Below the pieces are notes generated by a model. The model made no database searches and was not told where the DNA came from. It saw nothing but the letters and a program-made list of their open reading frames with translations. Of a stretch of 64,000 nucleotides of DNA, positions 1-13,260 are shown in pieces (position 1 is the first letter of the stretch; every line of letters starts with the position of its first letter). Source of the stretch: Balanoglossus misakiensis (Eukaryota > Animalia > Hemichordata); NCBI GenBank assembly GCA_040954595.2, contig CM082579.2:13021834-13085833 (forward strand). Direction: 5' to 3'. The position numbers and the translations under genes are program-made.

Positions 1-1768
1 TGGCGCGAAAAGTTAATGAAAATGAGTATACCGCCATTGCAATAATCATAGGAAAGTTCACTGACCGAAAAACACGCCGCGTATGCAGTCATATTCGGCG
101 CGGCAACACATCTGTGTTGACTAAAATGGGTTAAACCTTCCGTAGGTTATTTATTTTCGGAAATAAGTTACAGTCGATCGATTTTGTGAATAATTTTTTA
201 TAGCAAACGTTCATGGTCAAGGTGCGTAAATACTTATTGGCGGGTCTGTATATATAAAGCCTCTCTAAAGCCAGTGAATGAGACCTGGTATACTTGACAA
301 ATGAAAAATAACAGCATCTGGCAGTCATGCACACATGTTCACTTTTGTCATATAATGTAAAGCCAAACATAATTTCGCAAACAAATTTGCACTAGAGATT
401 GTAGCATCCTGCAATGTGTTGCAAGTAAATTCGCTGAAAATATAAAGTAATAGCTAGACACTCATAAAATGAAATCATACGCTTTGTATGGAATGTTACG
501 TTTGTCACAGACTACATGCATTGTCATGGTGACTGAAATTCAACAGCCCATGCATCCATTTTTGCTGTTTATTAAAAAAATGTTTTGCATTTATCAGAGG
601 TTGCGTTTACGCAAAAATTATGAATTTTTGACGCCAAAAATTCTCATTTGACGTGAAAATCTTAATAAGTGCATCAATATTGACACATAGGAATGGCCTC
701 TCTATTTGCACAATGGTCAACATAAACCATACGCATACAGCTCACTACCCCTGGGATCAAAATAATCACTTGCGTGTCCGACCTTTTGTACTCAAAATGT
801 AGCTAATTTTGTTTGATGAATTTTGAATTAGACATGTGTACGACGCAGGCTAAGTAAAAGGAGTTTGACACATTTTTTTATGAATGCATCAAAAATACGC
901 ACTAAAAAAATGTTATCGCGACCTCTGTTTATTATCAAATACATTCAAATCTACATATTAGTGGTGTTACATATCTTCAACCTCGATTAAAAATATTTGT
1001 AAAAGTACAAAGGCAAATATGGAGCATAATGATAATCACCAAAATTCAGCTAGACAGATAAAAATACAAATTGTTATTTCATCAGGTAAAATTCCTCAAA
1101 TTTACAAGCAAATTGGTATATTATCAGTGTTTCAGCCAGCTTTTGAAAGCTCACGGTACTAGAAATATCTCATGATTCATTCTGATTTGTACCAACAGAT
1201 AATCCTCAGTCAAATCAGACATAGTGCACATGTGAACAGAGAATTGTAGATCACTAATACCAAGTTCGAGATCGTACTTTTAAGGCAAATCTTACTGTGA
1301 ATAACCATTTCAAATTATTTTTTAAATTATGCATTATTGAGAGAGGAGCTACTAATTTTATAAAATAATCAAGCAATTGCATAGCCAGCTATACAAAGAA
1401 GTTTGAAGTAAAACAGGGACACTTGAAATACCCGTTTAATCAAACAAAAATTGATTTTTCTATTGACAGAACAAATGAAATTTACATGTTAACTTTCAAC
1501 AGAGACTGGCCACCTCAGTTAGTCCTTTGCGTGTTTCCTCCAAAGTGTGACATTTGCAGTTCATGAATACTTTGATTCCTATGGCTTTTAAATTTTGATT
1601 TTGAAATTTACACTCTAATTGCTCAACATACTTTTCCTAGATAAAAACAAATAAATTTATATGTACTTCATATCATTGTTAGCATGTAAAGCAGAAAAAG
1701 TTATTAAATGGGCAACGTTCAATGATACAAATCATGGAGAATTGTGGGTAAAATATTGTACTGTGAAG

Positions 1769-4700
1769 CATGGGGATATTGTGACCTGCAGCAGGTTAGA
1801 AAGGGGGACAAATCATGTTGTCGGGGGACAATATATCAGGACAGGGTTCTCCCTGGGAATAATCATAGAGTCGGGGCTAATTTCCATAAAATTTACATAA
1901 TCATAGGACATCACTAAGGCCCCTCAACATCGATAGAAAATATTTAATGTTATAGCTTTATCAAGTGAATTTTGTGACGTCATTGCTGTAAATTATTACT
2001 GATAATGTATCGTGTTTTGACGTGGACGCGCGACACACTCAAGAACCAGCCAGACGTGGACAATTTCTGACTAAATAACGGAGCTTTCAAACAATGCAAA
2101 CAATTTAAGGGCTAAAAAAGAAATGCAAACATACACAGAATAAATACAATGTACTGCGATATTTATTAATTTCAAATCTGACCTTGGCTAGCACTTTGTT
2201 TATTTTTTTCTTCCTAATGCGGCACTATGTGTCATGTCATCTGCTCTTGAATCACGCGCAGTTTTCAACATGGCTCGGTCCTGCATGTAAAGCAAACCTC
2301 TCGATGATGCTGCATTTGACATTCGTTTACCATACATACCGTGCACCATGTACCAAGCAGTCATGTCAACAAAGTTATACGCAAAAAGTTATGCCACAAT
2401 TGTCACTGTCGTGTTGTCTATGCGGTATGGAGGGTCGATAGAGGGAGAGTTTGTTTATGTATTGCAACCTTCCGAGCACCCGTATACGTGAACTTTCCTG
2501 AGAACGCAAATGAATGCAAATATTGCCCATGTCCACGCCAAGATTTCACAAAAATCAAAACTTTTTCAGATATATTTCAGCAGAACCCTTAATGTATTTT
2601 CACTTGCATTAAAAAACCTTCTTTATTTATTTCCTGATGTTTGAATATGATACTAGAAATGTACAGTACATGGATTGAATGCAATCAGCTGATCTTTTGT
2701 TTACGCCATTCCTCTGTTTTCGATATCCGTGATCGAGTCTGAGTTTTTCTGTGATTTTTTTTTTTTTTTTGGGGGGGGAGGGGAAAGATCAACATTCAGG
2801 ATTAGATCAAAGGTACATGAGCTGCAACTGGATAAAAAATTTAAGTTTAAATAATCCCATATATCCTTTGAATTATGTCTATTAAATGATATTTCAAAAT
2901 AGTATATCAAGATCACTTATTTATGACAAATGGCCAAAAGTTAAAGAAAATCGAAAATTCCTGCAATATTGCGATCAAAAATGAAAATGTAATGTCCCAG
3001 CGGAGTACATTTACTTCCATAATTGTAGTTGATGAGATCATGCTTTGTTTATGAAATTTTATAGTGGGAAATGCAACGTTTTCCTTGTTTCTAGCATTTT
3101 TTCACGGTGGCGGCCATATTCATTTGCAGTTTACTGGCCATGGGCCGCTGTTAATTTTATAACCCTGTGCAGACGCACAGACACATGGCATGACCTCCAA
3201 CAAAAGTTGCTTCATCTTTTGTCATGTTTAGCTGAGTTGTTACAATGCGCGCACGCGCTCAGTACGTTGCTTGTGTTACTAGGCTATTGATGCAATTTAC
3301 AGGACGCCTGTCTAGAGATAACTTGTGCACTGAATGAAATGGCAGCGCACTGCTCTTGACAGCGTGCAGAGCTGCGTTGCTTCTAGGGTGATTCAAGCCA
3401 TGGAAGGCGTGAAATCACTCAAATGTGTTCACTAATTGTCAAGAATTGAAAGGAAGTAGCCAGTTACAGTGAAAGCAAAGGTGGATGCAGAACAAAAGTG
3501 TGGGAGGTGACAATCTGTCATATTGTTGTTCACTCAGTAAGAATGTGTCAGAGTGACCCATGTAGATTTATTTTGTTGTGACAATCCAATATTTATTGCA
3601 TCAAATGTCGCAAGGACGCACGCAAGCTGAAACACTGTATATTGTTTTATTTCTATCATTTGGGATTTTAGATAGTATTAGTGTTTTAAACACAGAGAGA
3701 GCACCTATTTAAGATTCTAAGCCACCCATTTGTTTTTCCAACTTATTATCTGAAACTTCCTACTTTTCATTAAAATTTTACAAAGCAAAGATAGTTCTGA
3801 TAGACAGACAAAAACTACTTGTATGATAAAATTATACTGTTACCAAGTGAAGGAATGTCTTGCTTGTGTCTAGAAATCCCATGTTATCACAGTCTACTGG
3901 TTAGGACCTTGCAGGCCTACAGATATTCAGATGACTGCTTTCAGGACAGTTACACTTGAACATTGCAGCCTTCTATTGCACTTGCACCTTAACCTTTAAC
4001 CCCAATCTAACCTCTAACATTAACCTCTAACCTCTAACCACTAACCTAAATAGCAGGCAGGAATGTCCACGTTTTCTGTCCTTGAAGTTGATACCCTCTG
4101 AATATTTGGCAAAAGTCACATTGTCTTTACACTTAAACAAAAGTGCCAATGTTGTATGACTGCCTACCAAATATGCTCTCTCTTTCAGTATTTCAGCTAG
4201 CGTGCGGCCTTGCGACATTTGACGCAATAAATGTTGGATTGTAACGGAATAATCTTCATGGGTCACTGTGATGCATTCTTCCTGAGTGAGCAACAATGTG
4301 ACTGATTGTCACCCCTGCACTTTTGCTTTGCGTCCACCGTTGCTTTCACTGTAACTTGTTACTTCCTTTCAATTCTTGGCAATTTAGTGAACACAACTGA
4401 GTGATTTCACACCTTCCACGGCTTGAATCACCCAAGAAGCAACGCAGCTCTGCACGCTGTCAAGAGCAGTGCGCTGCCATTTCATTCAGTGCACAAGTTA
4501 TCTCTAGACAGGCGTCCTATAAATCGCATCAATAGCCTAGTAACACAAGCAACGCACTGAACGCGTGCGCGCATTGTAACAAATCAGCTAAACATGACAA
4601 ATGATGAAGCAACTTTTGTTGGAGGTCATGCCAAGTGTCTGCGCGTCTGCACAGGCTTATAAAATTAACAGCTCCCCAGGGCCGGTAATAATTGCAAAGG

Positions 4701-5818
4701 CAGGTAAATTTCATGGCCACCTGCCCTGATTTATGCCTACTTGATAAGGTAAACATTTTAATTACTTTGCACTATTTGATTTTGTTTAGGATAGGATGGG
4801 GTATGATTGCAAAAAAAAAAAAATTATTATCAATTGAAAGTAATTAATCTGATCCTGAATGTTGATCTTTCCCCCCAAAGAAAAAACAATACACGATACC
4901 ATTTCTTCACCAATGGCAGTATATCATAATTAACACAAAATCTGAGATGTCTTAATTGTCTTAGGAAATGTCCAATTTCTAAAAATTACATAATGTAGTA
5001 GGATGTAAAAGACAACCCGCACTGAAAACTTGTGAACTTGGCATGGGCAGGCAGTGTTTCATCCAGGACACAGGTGAATTAGGCGTTCTGTTCGGGACAC
5101 AAACAAACAAACAAACAAACAAAATAGAAACAGCAACCACCATCATGATAAACAAGGCAGTGTCTTGAATTAAGCCAACTGCTCGTGCGATCAAGCAGCT
5201 GACACAAGAAGTGGCTTGTGTCAAAGGTCCCATCCGTATGTTAGTAAATTGGCATATAGCAGGAAGCTGTCCAACTCCAACTTGAAAACTGCTCGACACT
5301 GTTGAATATTTGCCATTTTTTACCCTCTAAATGTCTGACATGTATAAAATTTCTACCCCATTTTAAAACATCAATAAACAGGCTATCATATCAGCATCGA
5401 TTTATCAGTCTCTCTTACTACTGGTTGTTGCTAGCGTGTAAAAAATATGACAACATCACAGTTTTTGAGGCGCATAGCAAGTTGTGGGAACATCAGGGTG
5501 TTTTATTGGAGTGGACGTCGTAACCCCATGTCAATTTCAAATACTTCCACTAGTAATAGTATTTCACTAGGCCTACTTTACTCTGGATATAAAAAAGACA
5601 ATATTCTTTCTTAGTAAGTACGATGTGCCAATGTCAGCATACTTGATAAGTAACGGCCGTGGTAAAATTGTCCAAAAGAAGCTATGATTATGTAAATTTT
5701 ATGGGAATTAGTCCTGACTCTATGATTTTTCCCAGGGAGAACACTGTCCTGATATATTGTCCCCCGAAAATGTGATCTGTCCCCCTTTTAACCTGCTGCG
5801 GGTCACAATCGTCCCATG
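1769..5818. mobile_element. Large foldback / non-autonomous DNA transposon with CATG termini and nested inverted repeats (P-superfamily-like)
   Basis: ~138-bp terminal inverted repeats at 1769-1906 (CATGGGGATATTGTGACCTGCAGCAGGTT...) and 5682-5818 (...AACCTGCTGCGGGTCACAATCGTCCCATG). Further inverted pairs at ~2781-2808/4847-4876 and 3123-3568/4251-4698. TSD is only a 5/8 match (CTGTGAAG/CTTTCAAA), so the superfamily call is inference. Confidence 0.7.
3123..4698. repeat. Inner inverted repeat pair (~445-bp arms, ~680-bp spacer)
   Basis: 3123-3568 is the reverse complement of 4251-4698. The ORF track shows the same spurious peptide on opposite strands (3045..3290 + and 4529..4756 -). Confidence 0.92.
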
Positions 5819-7321
5819 CTTTCAAAAGCTGGCTGGACTTTGATGTGGCAAATTTAATTCAACAAAAGGGAACATGTAGCCAGGCCAAAGACAGCACATA
5901 TTTTGTAAGAACCGTAGTATAGTTTTTATCAACAATTTAATGCATTTCTGTTTCAAGGCTGAAGTAGTGAGGATTAATCCTTGTTCATAGGTTGTCACAC
6001 TCTTTAAGTACCACTATTTTCATATCCATAGAAAAAATTTCATTAAATGTATGATCTCCAACGATGCATCACAGGGAAATTTTTTACGACTTTTCTGCTA
6101 GTTTATTTTATGAGACCATTAAAAGGCTTCCTGTCATTATAGGGACGACTCTCATTTGCATGTTGCATATTTGCTGCATTTTTATCACCAAGCTTTTCAA
6201 ATTCTTCTACGGATGCATTGATATCAGGGGACAACAGTCTTATTGTTGCAAATCCCATGGTTTAGACCCCCAAGGCACTGGCTATTCTTTGTTTTTGGAT
6301 GAAACTGGTTTTCCCTCTGGGCCCTCTGAGTCAGTTATGCAAGTGCTATTCATTGTTAATGACATTGCCTCTGCTGGATTGACAGTTGCAGGGGTTAATC
6401 ATAGCACCTCACAAATGATCCACAAGACTGACAAATTGGTTGAAGACCTGGAGAAATTCACGCAAAGTGAATACTGCTGGGAGCTATATTGAAACACAAT
6501 GTAGACAGACACATTTCACAATACCATCCAATATGCTATGGCATCAATATTCAATCAGTCACTGTTAAACATTCAGTCTGCATGACTTGTGTACTTTCCA
6601 CCTTGTTGTAAGAGTTGCTCGATTTGCTTGACATCTCTTGCTTTGGCTGTATTTGCCTGAATGGCAAATCTGCAAATTGTTTGAAATCTTTTATTTTTAT
6701 CTTTGATTGTAATCATTTATCTTGTTTGAATACTTTTTTTAGTTTTGATGCAATTTTTCTGACCTTTACTTAGTGTTTGTAGTTGTTTATTCCACAACAT
6801 TGTTTTTGTTTAAAACCCAAGTTGTGAGTTTTCTCAAGAAGATACGAGTGACAGTTTGAAAAGCGAAAAAAAAAACTGACTAGAATACTGGCGTAGCTTG
6901 TTCACTCGATTGCTGCAATACAATACATGCGTATGGATCAGAAATCAAGCAAGTTTTTCATGTAACTTTTGTTTCATAACCCCCCCAAAAACTACTTTGC
7001 ATTTTGTCTTTCAAGTGCAACCTCCAATGAAAAGTTACAATGAATCGGTAGCAGATCATGCAAATGCCTGTTGATCTCCGACCTATTTGAAACTCAAGTA
7101 AAATGTGTGGACACAAGATTTTGAAGTCCCTGATAAGAAATGTTTACCCACTTATGATAAAAAAAGTAGCGCCCTAACCATGGCACATGAGAACCCGTCT
7201 TAACAATTTCCTCGGGGTGCCTCAAGTAAATTTGATTTTGAAATGTCCTCTGAAATGCCCCAACCAGTCTTCGCCCAAACTGCCCCCCCCCCTCCTCCTC
7301 AGTAATACCCATTTTGATAAA

Positions 7322-7480
7322 CCTGTCTGTCTGTCCATCCGTCCGTCCGTCCGTCCGACTGTCTGTCTGTCCATCCGTCCGTCTGTCTGTCTGTCTGTCT
7401 GTCTGAGTGAGTGAGTGAGTGTACACATGTATTTGTCCAAACTTTTGAATAGTTTAGTTAGTTAGTTAGTTAGTATATAT

Positions 7481-7517
<37 letters not shown>

Positions 7518-7560
7518 CAGTTCTTAGTTAATTAGTATAAGTTTAGTATTTAGTTAATTA
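7322..7560. repeat. Compound microsatellites (CTGT/CCGT)n, (GAGT)n and (TTAG)n
   Basis: Directly visible tetranucleotide runs at 7322-7420 and 7452-7560. Confidence 0.95.
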
Positions 7561-7754
7561 GGCTTATTAGTTTAGGAAGCATAGGTTTAGTCAGCGTACA
7601 TTTATTTACTTAGTTTATTTACTCAGTGTATATATTTATTTATTTTAATTATTTAGTTCAATGCAGATGTGTACACTTATTATTAAAAAATTAAAAAAAT
7701 AAATATTTTTTAAATGTGTGGTCATATATCTGCACTGACTGGAGGGGTAATATG

Positions 7755-8108
7755 AATTCTGGCTGCCTTAAATAGGATTTCACTCTGTGCTAGGGGGGTC
7801 AAATCACATTGCATTATGGGCAAAAAGTCGACAACCCACTGTAGTAAGAGTTAGAAGAAATGATATGTTTACTGTATTTCATGACTTCCTTTGGACAAAC
7901 ATGTCTATTTTTGTAGTTAGCAACTCATTTTAACTTTTTACACATTTTGTTATTTTTTATGTTAAAAAGTTTCAGAATGACCCATCATCACTTTAGCTCA
8001 TGAACTCCCATTTTTTAAACATGGCAAAAATCGGCCATCTTGAAATTGTGTTGACCATATGAGATTTTCATCACTCACTTAGGTAGCTTAAAACCTATTT
8101 AAGGTGGG
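7755..8108 (+). repeat. Dispersed repeat, also present at ~24151-24510 and ~28307-28658
   Basis: Shared AATTCTGGCTGC(C/T)TTAAATAGG...GTAGCTTAAAAC(C/G)TATTT block in three places. Confidence 0.85.
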
Positions 8109-8127
8109 GAGAATTGGTTGCTGTAAC

Positions 8128-8155
8128 CGTGGAGGTACTAGAGAGTACCTCCATG
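8128..8155. mobile_element. 28-bp palindromic micro-MITE with 7-bp TSD (P-like termini)
   Basis: CGTGGAGGTACT-AGAG-AGTACCTCCATG, flanked by the exact direct repeat CTGTAAC at 8121-8127 and 8156-8162. Confidence 0.75.
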
Positions 8156-8271
8156 CTGTAACAAAGCTTTCATTTATTCTGAGGGGCGGAGGCACGAGAA
8201 ATTGGGGTCAATCAGTCGTGTTAAATGCAGATCTCTCCCAGCAGCAGAAAATTTAATAAGTGTTACCCTCC

Positions 8272-8455
8272 CTCTATATTAGTCCAAATTTGTATAATGA
8301 CGTAACCCTCGCATAAAGGGTATGTTAAATTTAGATGCAAGTATGACACCTCAGCTTGGTCATCTCTATATTAGTCCAAATTTGTATAATGACGTAACCC
8401 TCGCATAAAGGGTATGTTAAATTTAGATGCAAGTATGACACCTCAGCTTGGTCAT
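8272..8455 (+). repeat. Exact 2 x 92-bp tandem duplication, with a diverged third copy at ~8493-8560
   Basis: CTCTATATTAGTCCAAATTTG...CAGCTTGGTCAT starts at 8272 and again at 8364. Confidence 0.92.
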
Positions 8456-9154
8456 ATCAAACTGTACCCACAGTGCTTCAATGTGACCCTCTCTCTAGTC
8501 CTCATTTGTATAATGTGCGTCTACCACAAAGGGCCATGTTAAGTGTCCACCTTCTTGGTCCCATAAAATCTATCCAAATAAACAAGGTTGTTTATGGTTT
8601 TTACCAACATCAAGAATCAGGCATACAGAGGTAATTGACCAAACGATACAATTCGGACTTAAATCATAATTGTATAATTATAAAATTCTGAGTTCTCACT
8701 AAGCAGGCGCCGGGCCATCAAGACATCTGGTCAGCTACTTTGCAGAACAGGTCACCTATTCTTTCTCTATCAACAGTACCAGAGAATAGCACCATGGCAT
8801 TCTATGTCTAAGTTTGTCAATCAACCAACCAAGTGAAAATCAAGATCCTAATTCAACCGTTGCCATTGCAAATAAACTTCAACATTTGAAATCAATGTCA
8901 GAGCAATTAATGTTGTAAAGTTGAAGGTCTGATTAACCATTATTGCCTTTGAACATCACCACATTATGACTCTGTGAGATGATCAATGCAGGACTGTGGC
9001 GGCTGCCAACTTAGTATAGGTTGCAAGATCAAAAATGTTTAGTTATACTTTTTCTAGTGTTTGTTAAATATACCATAATTTTCAGTCAATGTCTCTTCTT
9101 TACACCTACATGATTTGATGAGAATTGAATAATGTTTAGAACAAAAACAACTTT

Positions 9155-11340
9155 TGTATTGTATTGTACTAAAAAGAATAATCTTATTATGGCTCAATAG
9201 TAAATTTTAAAAATAACAGTGTAAAACCAGGCAGAAACACAACAAAATCACGTCACCACAAAAAGGACAAAAACATTATACATATCAGGGATTAACTTTC
9301 CTGGTGGCCATTGGCACAAAGCTGTTGCTGAACCTCAGCTTAGACCACTTAAGGCAACGACGTCTATGACTTGAGGGTAACATTTCAAAGGAGAAATACA
9401 ATGGATGGTTTACATCAGCAGTGATTGCACAAGCTCTGAGAGAACCGGTGTGGGTCTCCCAAAAGATGCTTGTTGCTTTTAACAATGGAAAGCAATAACA
9501 CACATTGCAGTAAGTCCACAGTGGTTCAACAATACTCCAGTACAACAAAAGTAGCAGATATGAATTAACATGAAAGGAACACAACCTCTTGAGCATGTGC
9601 AATCTTTGCTGTCATTTCTTTTGAATAGATGTTGTGTGCTGACTAAAAGAGAGTTAATTGTTAAGAATAACACCAAGCTACTTAAAAAAGACCACCTGTT
9701 CATTGGGTTCACCATCAATACAAATTCGGACATTTGGTCCTGATACCCGACGAAAGTTAATGTTAAGGTGGCATTGCATGAAAAGTTGTGATTTTTGCCA
9801 AATTTTACTTTTTTACATGAATCGGTAGGCCTAATACTGACCCACATCCTGACTAATACGTCTTGGCGGAAATGGTGCATAATCACCCCAAAATAGCACT
9901 TTTCTGAATGAGTTCACAGCTTAACAAATAGGTGTCAACAATGCAAATGGCCGTTTTTCTCAGTTTGCATTTTCGCTGCTCTTGACAACTTCAGACGAAA
10001 ATAGCTTCGCTCTGCGTTGGCCGAATTTGCTCAAACTTTAACTGGGGATTGTGTATGACCCATCCAACAAAACGGTATTTTTGTTAGTCGATAAAGTGTC
10101 CCTGGCGGGAATAAACTCTGATTCAATACAACTCACCGTGAATTTGATCAAATTTTACTAAAAATCTTACTTTCAAACGCTGTTACTCTTCAATGGAAGC
10201 AGATAACGCAAAACAAAATTACCGTTTTTTTGCACGTGTACTCTAGTTTCGAATGACATATTAAGATGCATGATGCATGGTCAACTTTTTTACCTATTTT
10301 AAATTTTATGACATAATTTCAAAAAATGGTTTTATTAACACAAAATCGCCACCATTTCAGGGGATCAATAATATTTGCAACGCAAACAAAAGTTCAAAAA
10401 CTCAGCTTCCAGAATATATATGGTTTATGGGGGTTTTAACGTTGTCTTTGATGAGAAATAGGCCTCTGAAAAAGTTTCGACGGTTTCATGCAATGCCACC
10501 TTAAGTTCTTTTGTCTTTGAAACATTAAGCTGTAGAAAATGTGAATTACAGCTATTAGAATAATACTTTACCAAGTTTACATATTCTGTTTCCGAGTTTG
10601 TGTCATTTAAAAGAACAAGTACAGCTGCACTATCAGAGAATTGGAAAGAAATGAACTAGTTGAACAATTACTCTGTATAGAAAATGAACGAAAATGGGCT
10701 AAGCCTGAAGACACAGCCTTGGGGGCACTGGTGTCGGTGAAGACCACAGTAGATAGGCCTCCCCTACTCTCACAATGTGGTCTGTCAGTTAGGAAGTTAT
10801 AAACCCAATAAACTATTGCAGGTGCATGGTGCACCTACCTGCAATGATATGTCTATCATAATGTGACGCTAAGTGGTGTTGAAAGAAGAACTGAAGTCGA
10901 TGAATATAATCCTGGCATAGTGCCCGGCTTTATCAAGGTGTTTTAACAATTTATGAAGGAGACAAGCAGCTGCGTCATCCGTACTTTTAGGATCTACTTT
11001 TGACTGAACATAGGGGAGAAGATGAGACAATATCAAACATTTCATTATGAAGGATGTTGCTTTAGCTCTGAAGAAAAAGTAATTTTAGGAACTGGGAAAA
11101 TTTTTGAAGTCCTCCAAATTTTGGGTGTAGTGCCTGTATCAATAGAGCGCTGAAAGAAATTCTGAAACAAGGCCTCTAGTCCATCCACGCATGCCTTCAG
11201 CACACTGCCAGTTATACCATCTGGGCCAGGGGCTGTCCAAGGTTTCATATACGGTACTTGTGTTGTCGCACTACATCACCCAGAGTGATGACTACATCAT
11301 TCTGGCATGGGGGTGGACAGGAGGACAACCTCCTGTCACT
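9155..11340 (-). mobile_element. Decayed, 5'-truncated non-LTR retrotransposon (Rex1/Babar-type LINE), reverse transcriptase and C-terminal region
   Basis: Minus-strand fragments: APGPDGITGSVLKAC...IFPVPK (11045-11248); ARIIFIDFSSSFNT (~10875-10925); WVYNFLTDRP (10607-10834); LNVSKTKEL-NINFRR across the 9767-10500 insertion; and the Rex1-type end HPLYFSFEMLPS...RFSNSFVPMA (9285-9602). (ACAAT)n-like tail near 9155-9170. Many stops and frameshifts. Confidence 0.88.
9767..10500. mobile_element. Kolobok-type non-autonomous DNA transposon nested in the LINE
   Basis: Perfect 17-bp TIR GGTGGCATTGCATGAAA / TTTCATGCAATGCCACC with TTAA on both sides (9763-9766, 10501-10504). RR..YY termini with a TTAA TSD are the Kolobok signature. 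Confidence 0.85.
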
Positions 11341-11980
11341 CTCCTCAGAGAAGTCTTGCTTCAACCCTTGTATAAAATATGTTAATCAGAAGCCAATGAC
11401 TGTGAATCTGAAGGAGATAAAACTGCATGTACACTGCTTTGACCGGTTTTTTCAAATACTGAAAAGCTTTCCTCATTGGGCGCATGATTTCGTGACACAA
11501 TAGACAATAAGGTACAGTTGTGTTTGTGGGTGCTCCATAAGGCATTCGTTTTGAGACGAAGTGATAGCTCTGATCCTGCCCACCTAGCACTCGTGTAAAT
11601 CAAAACTAAAGTGTAAAATTTTCCGCTCATGCAGTGATTGAAATGGCATGGCATTTGACCTTACCCCCTCCTGCTCCTCTCCCCCTCCCCCACCATAATT
11701 GTGTGTGGAGCCCTGATGGGGGATATGTCTCAATTTATAGCACATATTCACCGGTAATGGTTTCGGTTGGGTTCACAGCAGAAGTACTGACTCGGCCATA
11801 ATCAAAACTATTGTTTTCCCTGACTGTGTTTTCTTCCTTTGGAAATGAAAATCATTGGATATGTAAAGACTGTTTATTTTCTTCTGTTTAAATCTGAGAA
11901 AGATGACTGTAAATTACCCCTTCCAACCTCATGCAGTCGTCTGTGGTATCTACATAGTACCCGGTATTTTAAAGCTTTAA

Positions 11981-12326
11981 AGGGACAAAGTCTCTCTCTT
12001 GCTGCCCTTTTTCCATTAATTATATTTGATAAGAGACAACGTTTGTTATTCTACATGTGGATATATAGTGAATGAACATTTAACCACACACAACTTCCAT
12101 CCCTCTTATAGACAGGAGAGTGAAAAAACTCGCCAAAATGAATAATCGTTCTTTACCATTTATTCATTTTGGGCGAGTTTTTACTCTCATATCCTACAAA
12201 CGAGATGGAAGTTGTGTGTGGTCGAATGTTGATTCACCATATATCAACATGTAGAATAACATAAATGGCGTTCTGTATCAAACATAATTAATGGAAAAAG
12301 GGCAGCGAGAGAGAGACTTTGTCCCT
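11981..12326. mobile_element. Almost fully palindromic Kolobok-type MITE
   Basis: TTAA|AGGGACAAAGTCTCTCTCT ... AGAGAGAGACTTTGTCCCT|TTAA. The arms pair over essentially the whole 346 bp, centred near 12150. Confidence 0.85.
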
Positions 12327-12819
12327 TTAACAGCTTCAAAACATTTAGGCCAACCAGACTGAAACTAATCTTACTTTCCGAACAATGTTCTTGTCACTGA
12401 TTCTAATCTAATTACCGGATGGAAAAGTTAATCAACACAAATGGGGAGGTCACAAGAAATCAGATACTGTGCATCTAACTGCACAAACACCTTTATTCCT
12501 GACCACAACTGGGTATCATTGGCAAACATAATCATTTACCAGTACGTACTATATAATGGAATTCTAGCTGTATAATGAAACACTCAATCGACAAGAATAT
12601 AGCTTTGTGAAATGTGACCTTCACCTTCTATTATTTTGTAAAACGCCCCCCCCCCCCCCACACACACACACCTTTGGTCCACCCCCATGTATTAACTGAA
12701 CACTTCCTTGGTTAGACCACAGACAAAGAGAAACAAACTACTAACGCTATTATCAAAAGGTGTAAAGTACATCTCCTAATCCTCTGTGCCTGTCTCAGCT
12801 AGCCCTCAAGGTGCAGCTT

Positions 12820-13260
12820 GTCTCCGAAGATTTCCGAACGTATCCACTTCGGCAATGTCCGGAATTTTCCCGATAATAAAATGAAAGTGTTTTTGTGAAA
12901 GTTCGTGTTGTTGTTGTCAGTCAGCTGTAGACGGAAGGCGAGTGGACAGTGAAAATTGGAGGAAGTTTGAGCATCCGAGCGATGAGTTTTACCATTTTAA
13001 TAATAACTTATTGATATATTGTTCGATCGTAAATTTGAAAAGGTTTAATCATCAATCTCGATTTTTTGGAATAGATTCCTGTTCGCCGAATCGTGTTCTG
13101 TAAACCTGCATGGGTTGTAAGTGTGAATTTAACTTCTAATGTGTAAAATTAGGTTGTACGTCGTGAAGTTGTGTTTCAGTCGAGTCCTGAATGCAAAGCT
13201 GTGTCAGGCAAGGTACTGCAGCTGTCAATAATGACGCAACCGCAAAGTATTCTGGGAAAT
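12820..13260 (+). promoter_or_regulatory. CpG-enriched segment, possible promoter or 5' exon
   Basis: Local CpG enrichment with CCGGAA/TTCCG-like words in an otherwise CpG-poor background. No downstream gene could be linked to it. Confidence 0.2.

Noticed and set aside
1-16. TGGCGCGAAAAGTTAA as the right end of a TTAA-specific transposon
   Set aside because: Only 16 bp are visible and any partner terminus lies outside the window.
3987-4050. Telomere-like (CTAACC/CCCTAA) tract
   Set aside because: It is short, degenerate and inside a foldback element, so it is not evidence of a telomere or fusion site.
6064-6492. 142-aa plus-strand ORF
   Set aside because: No recognisable motif or splice context. 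The opposite strand looks like decayed coding sequence that I could not assign.
7094-7440. Overlapping ORFs with TDRQ/SVRP repeats
   Set aside because: These are translations of (CTGT/CCGT)n microsatellites.
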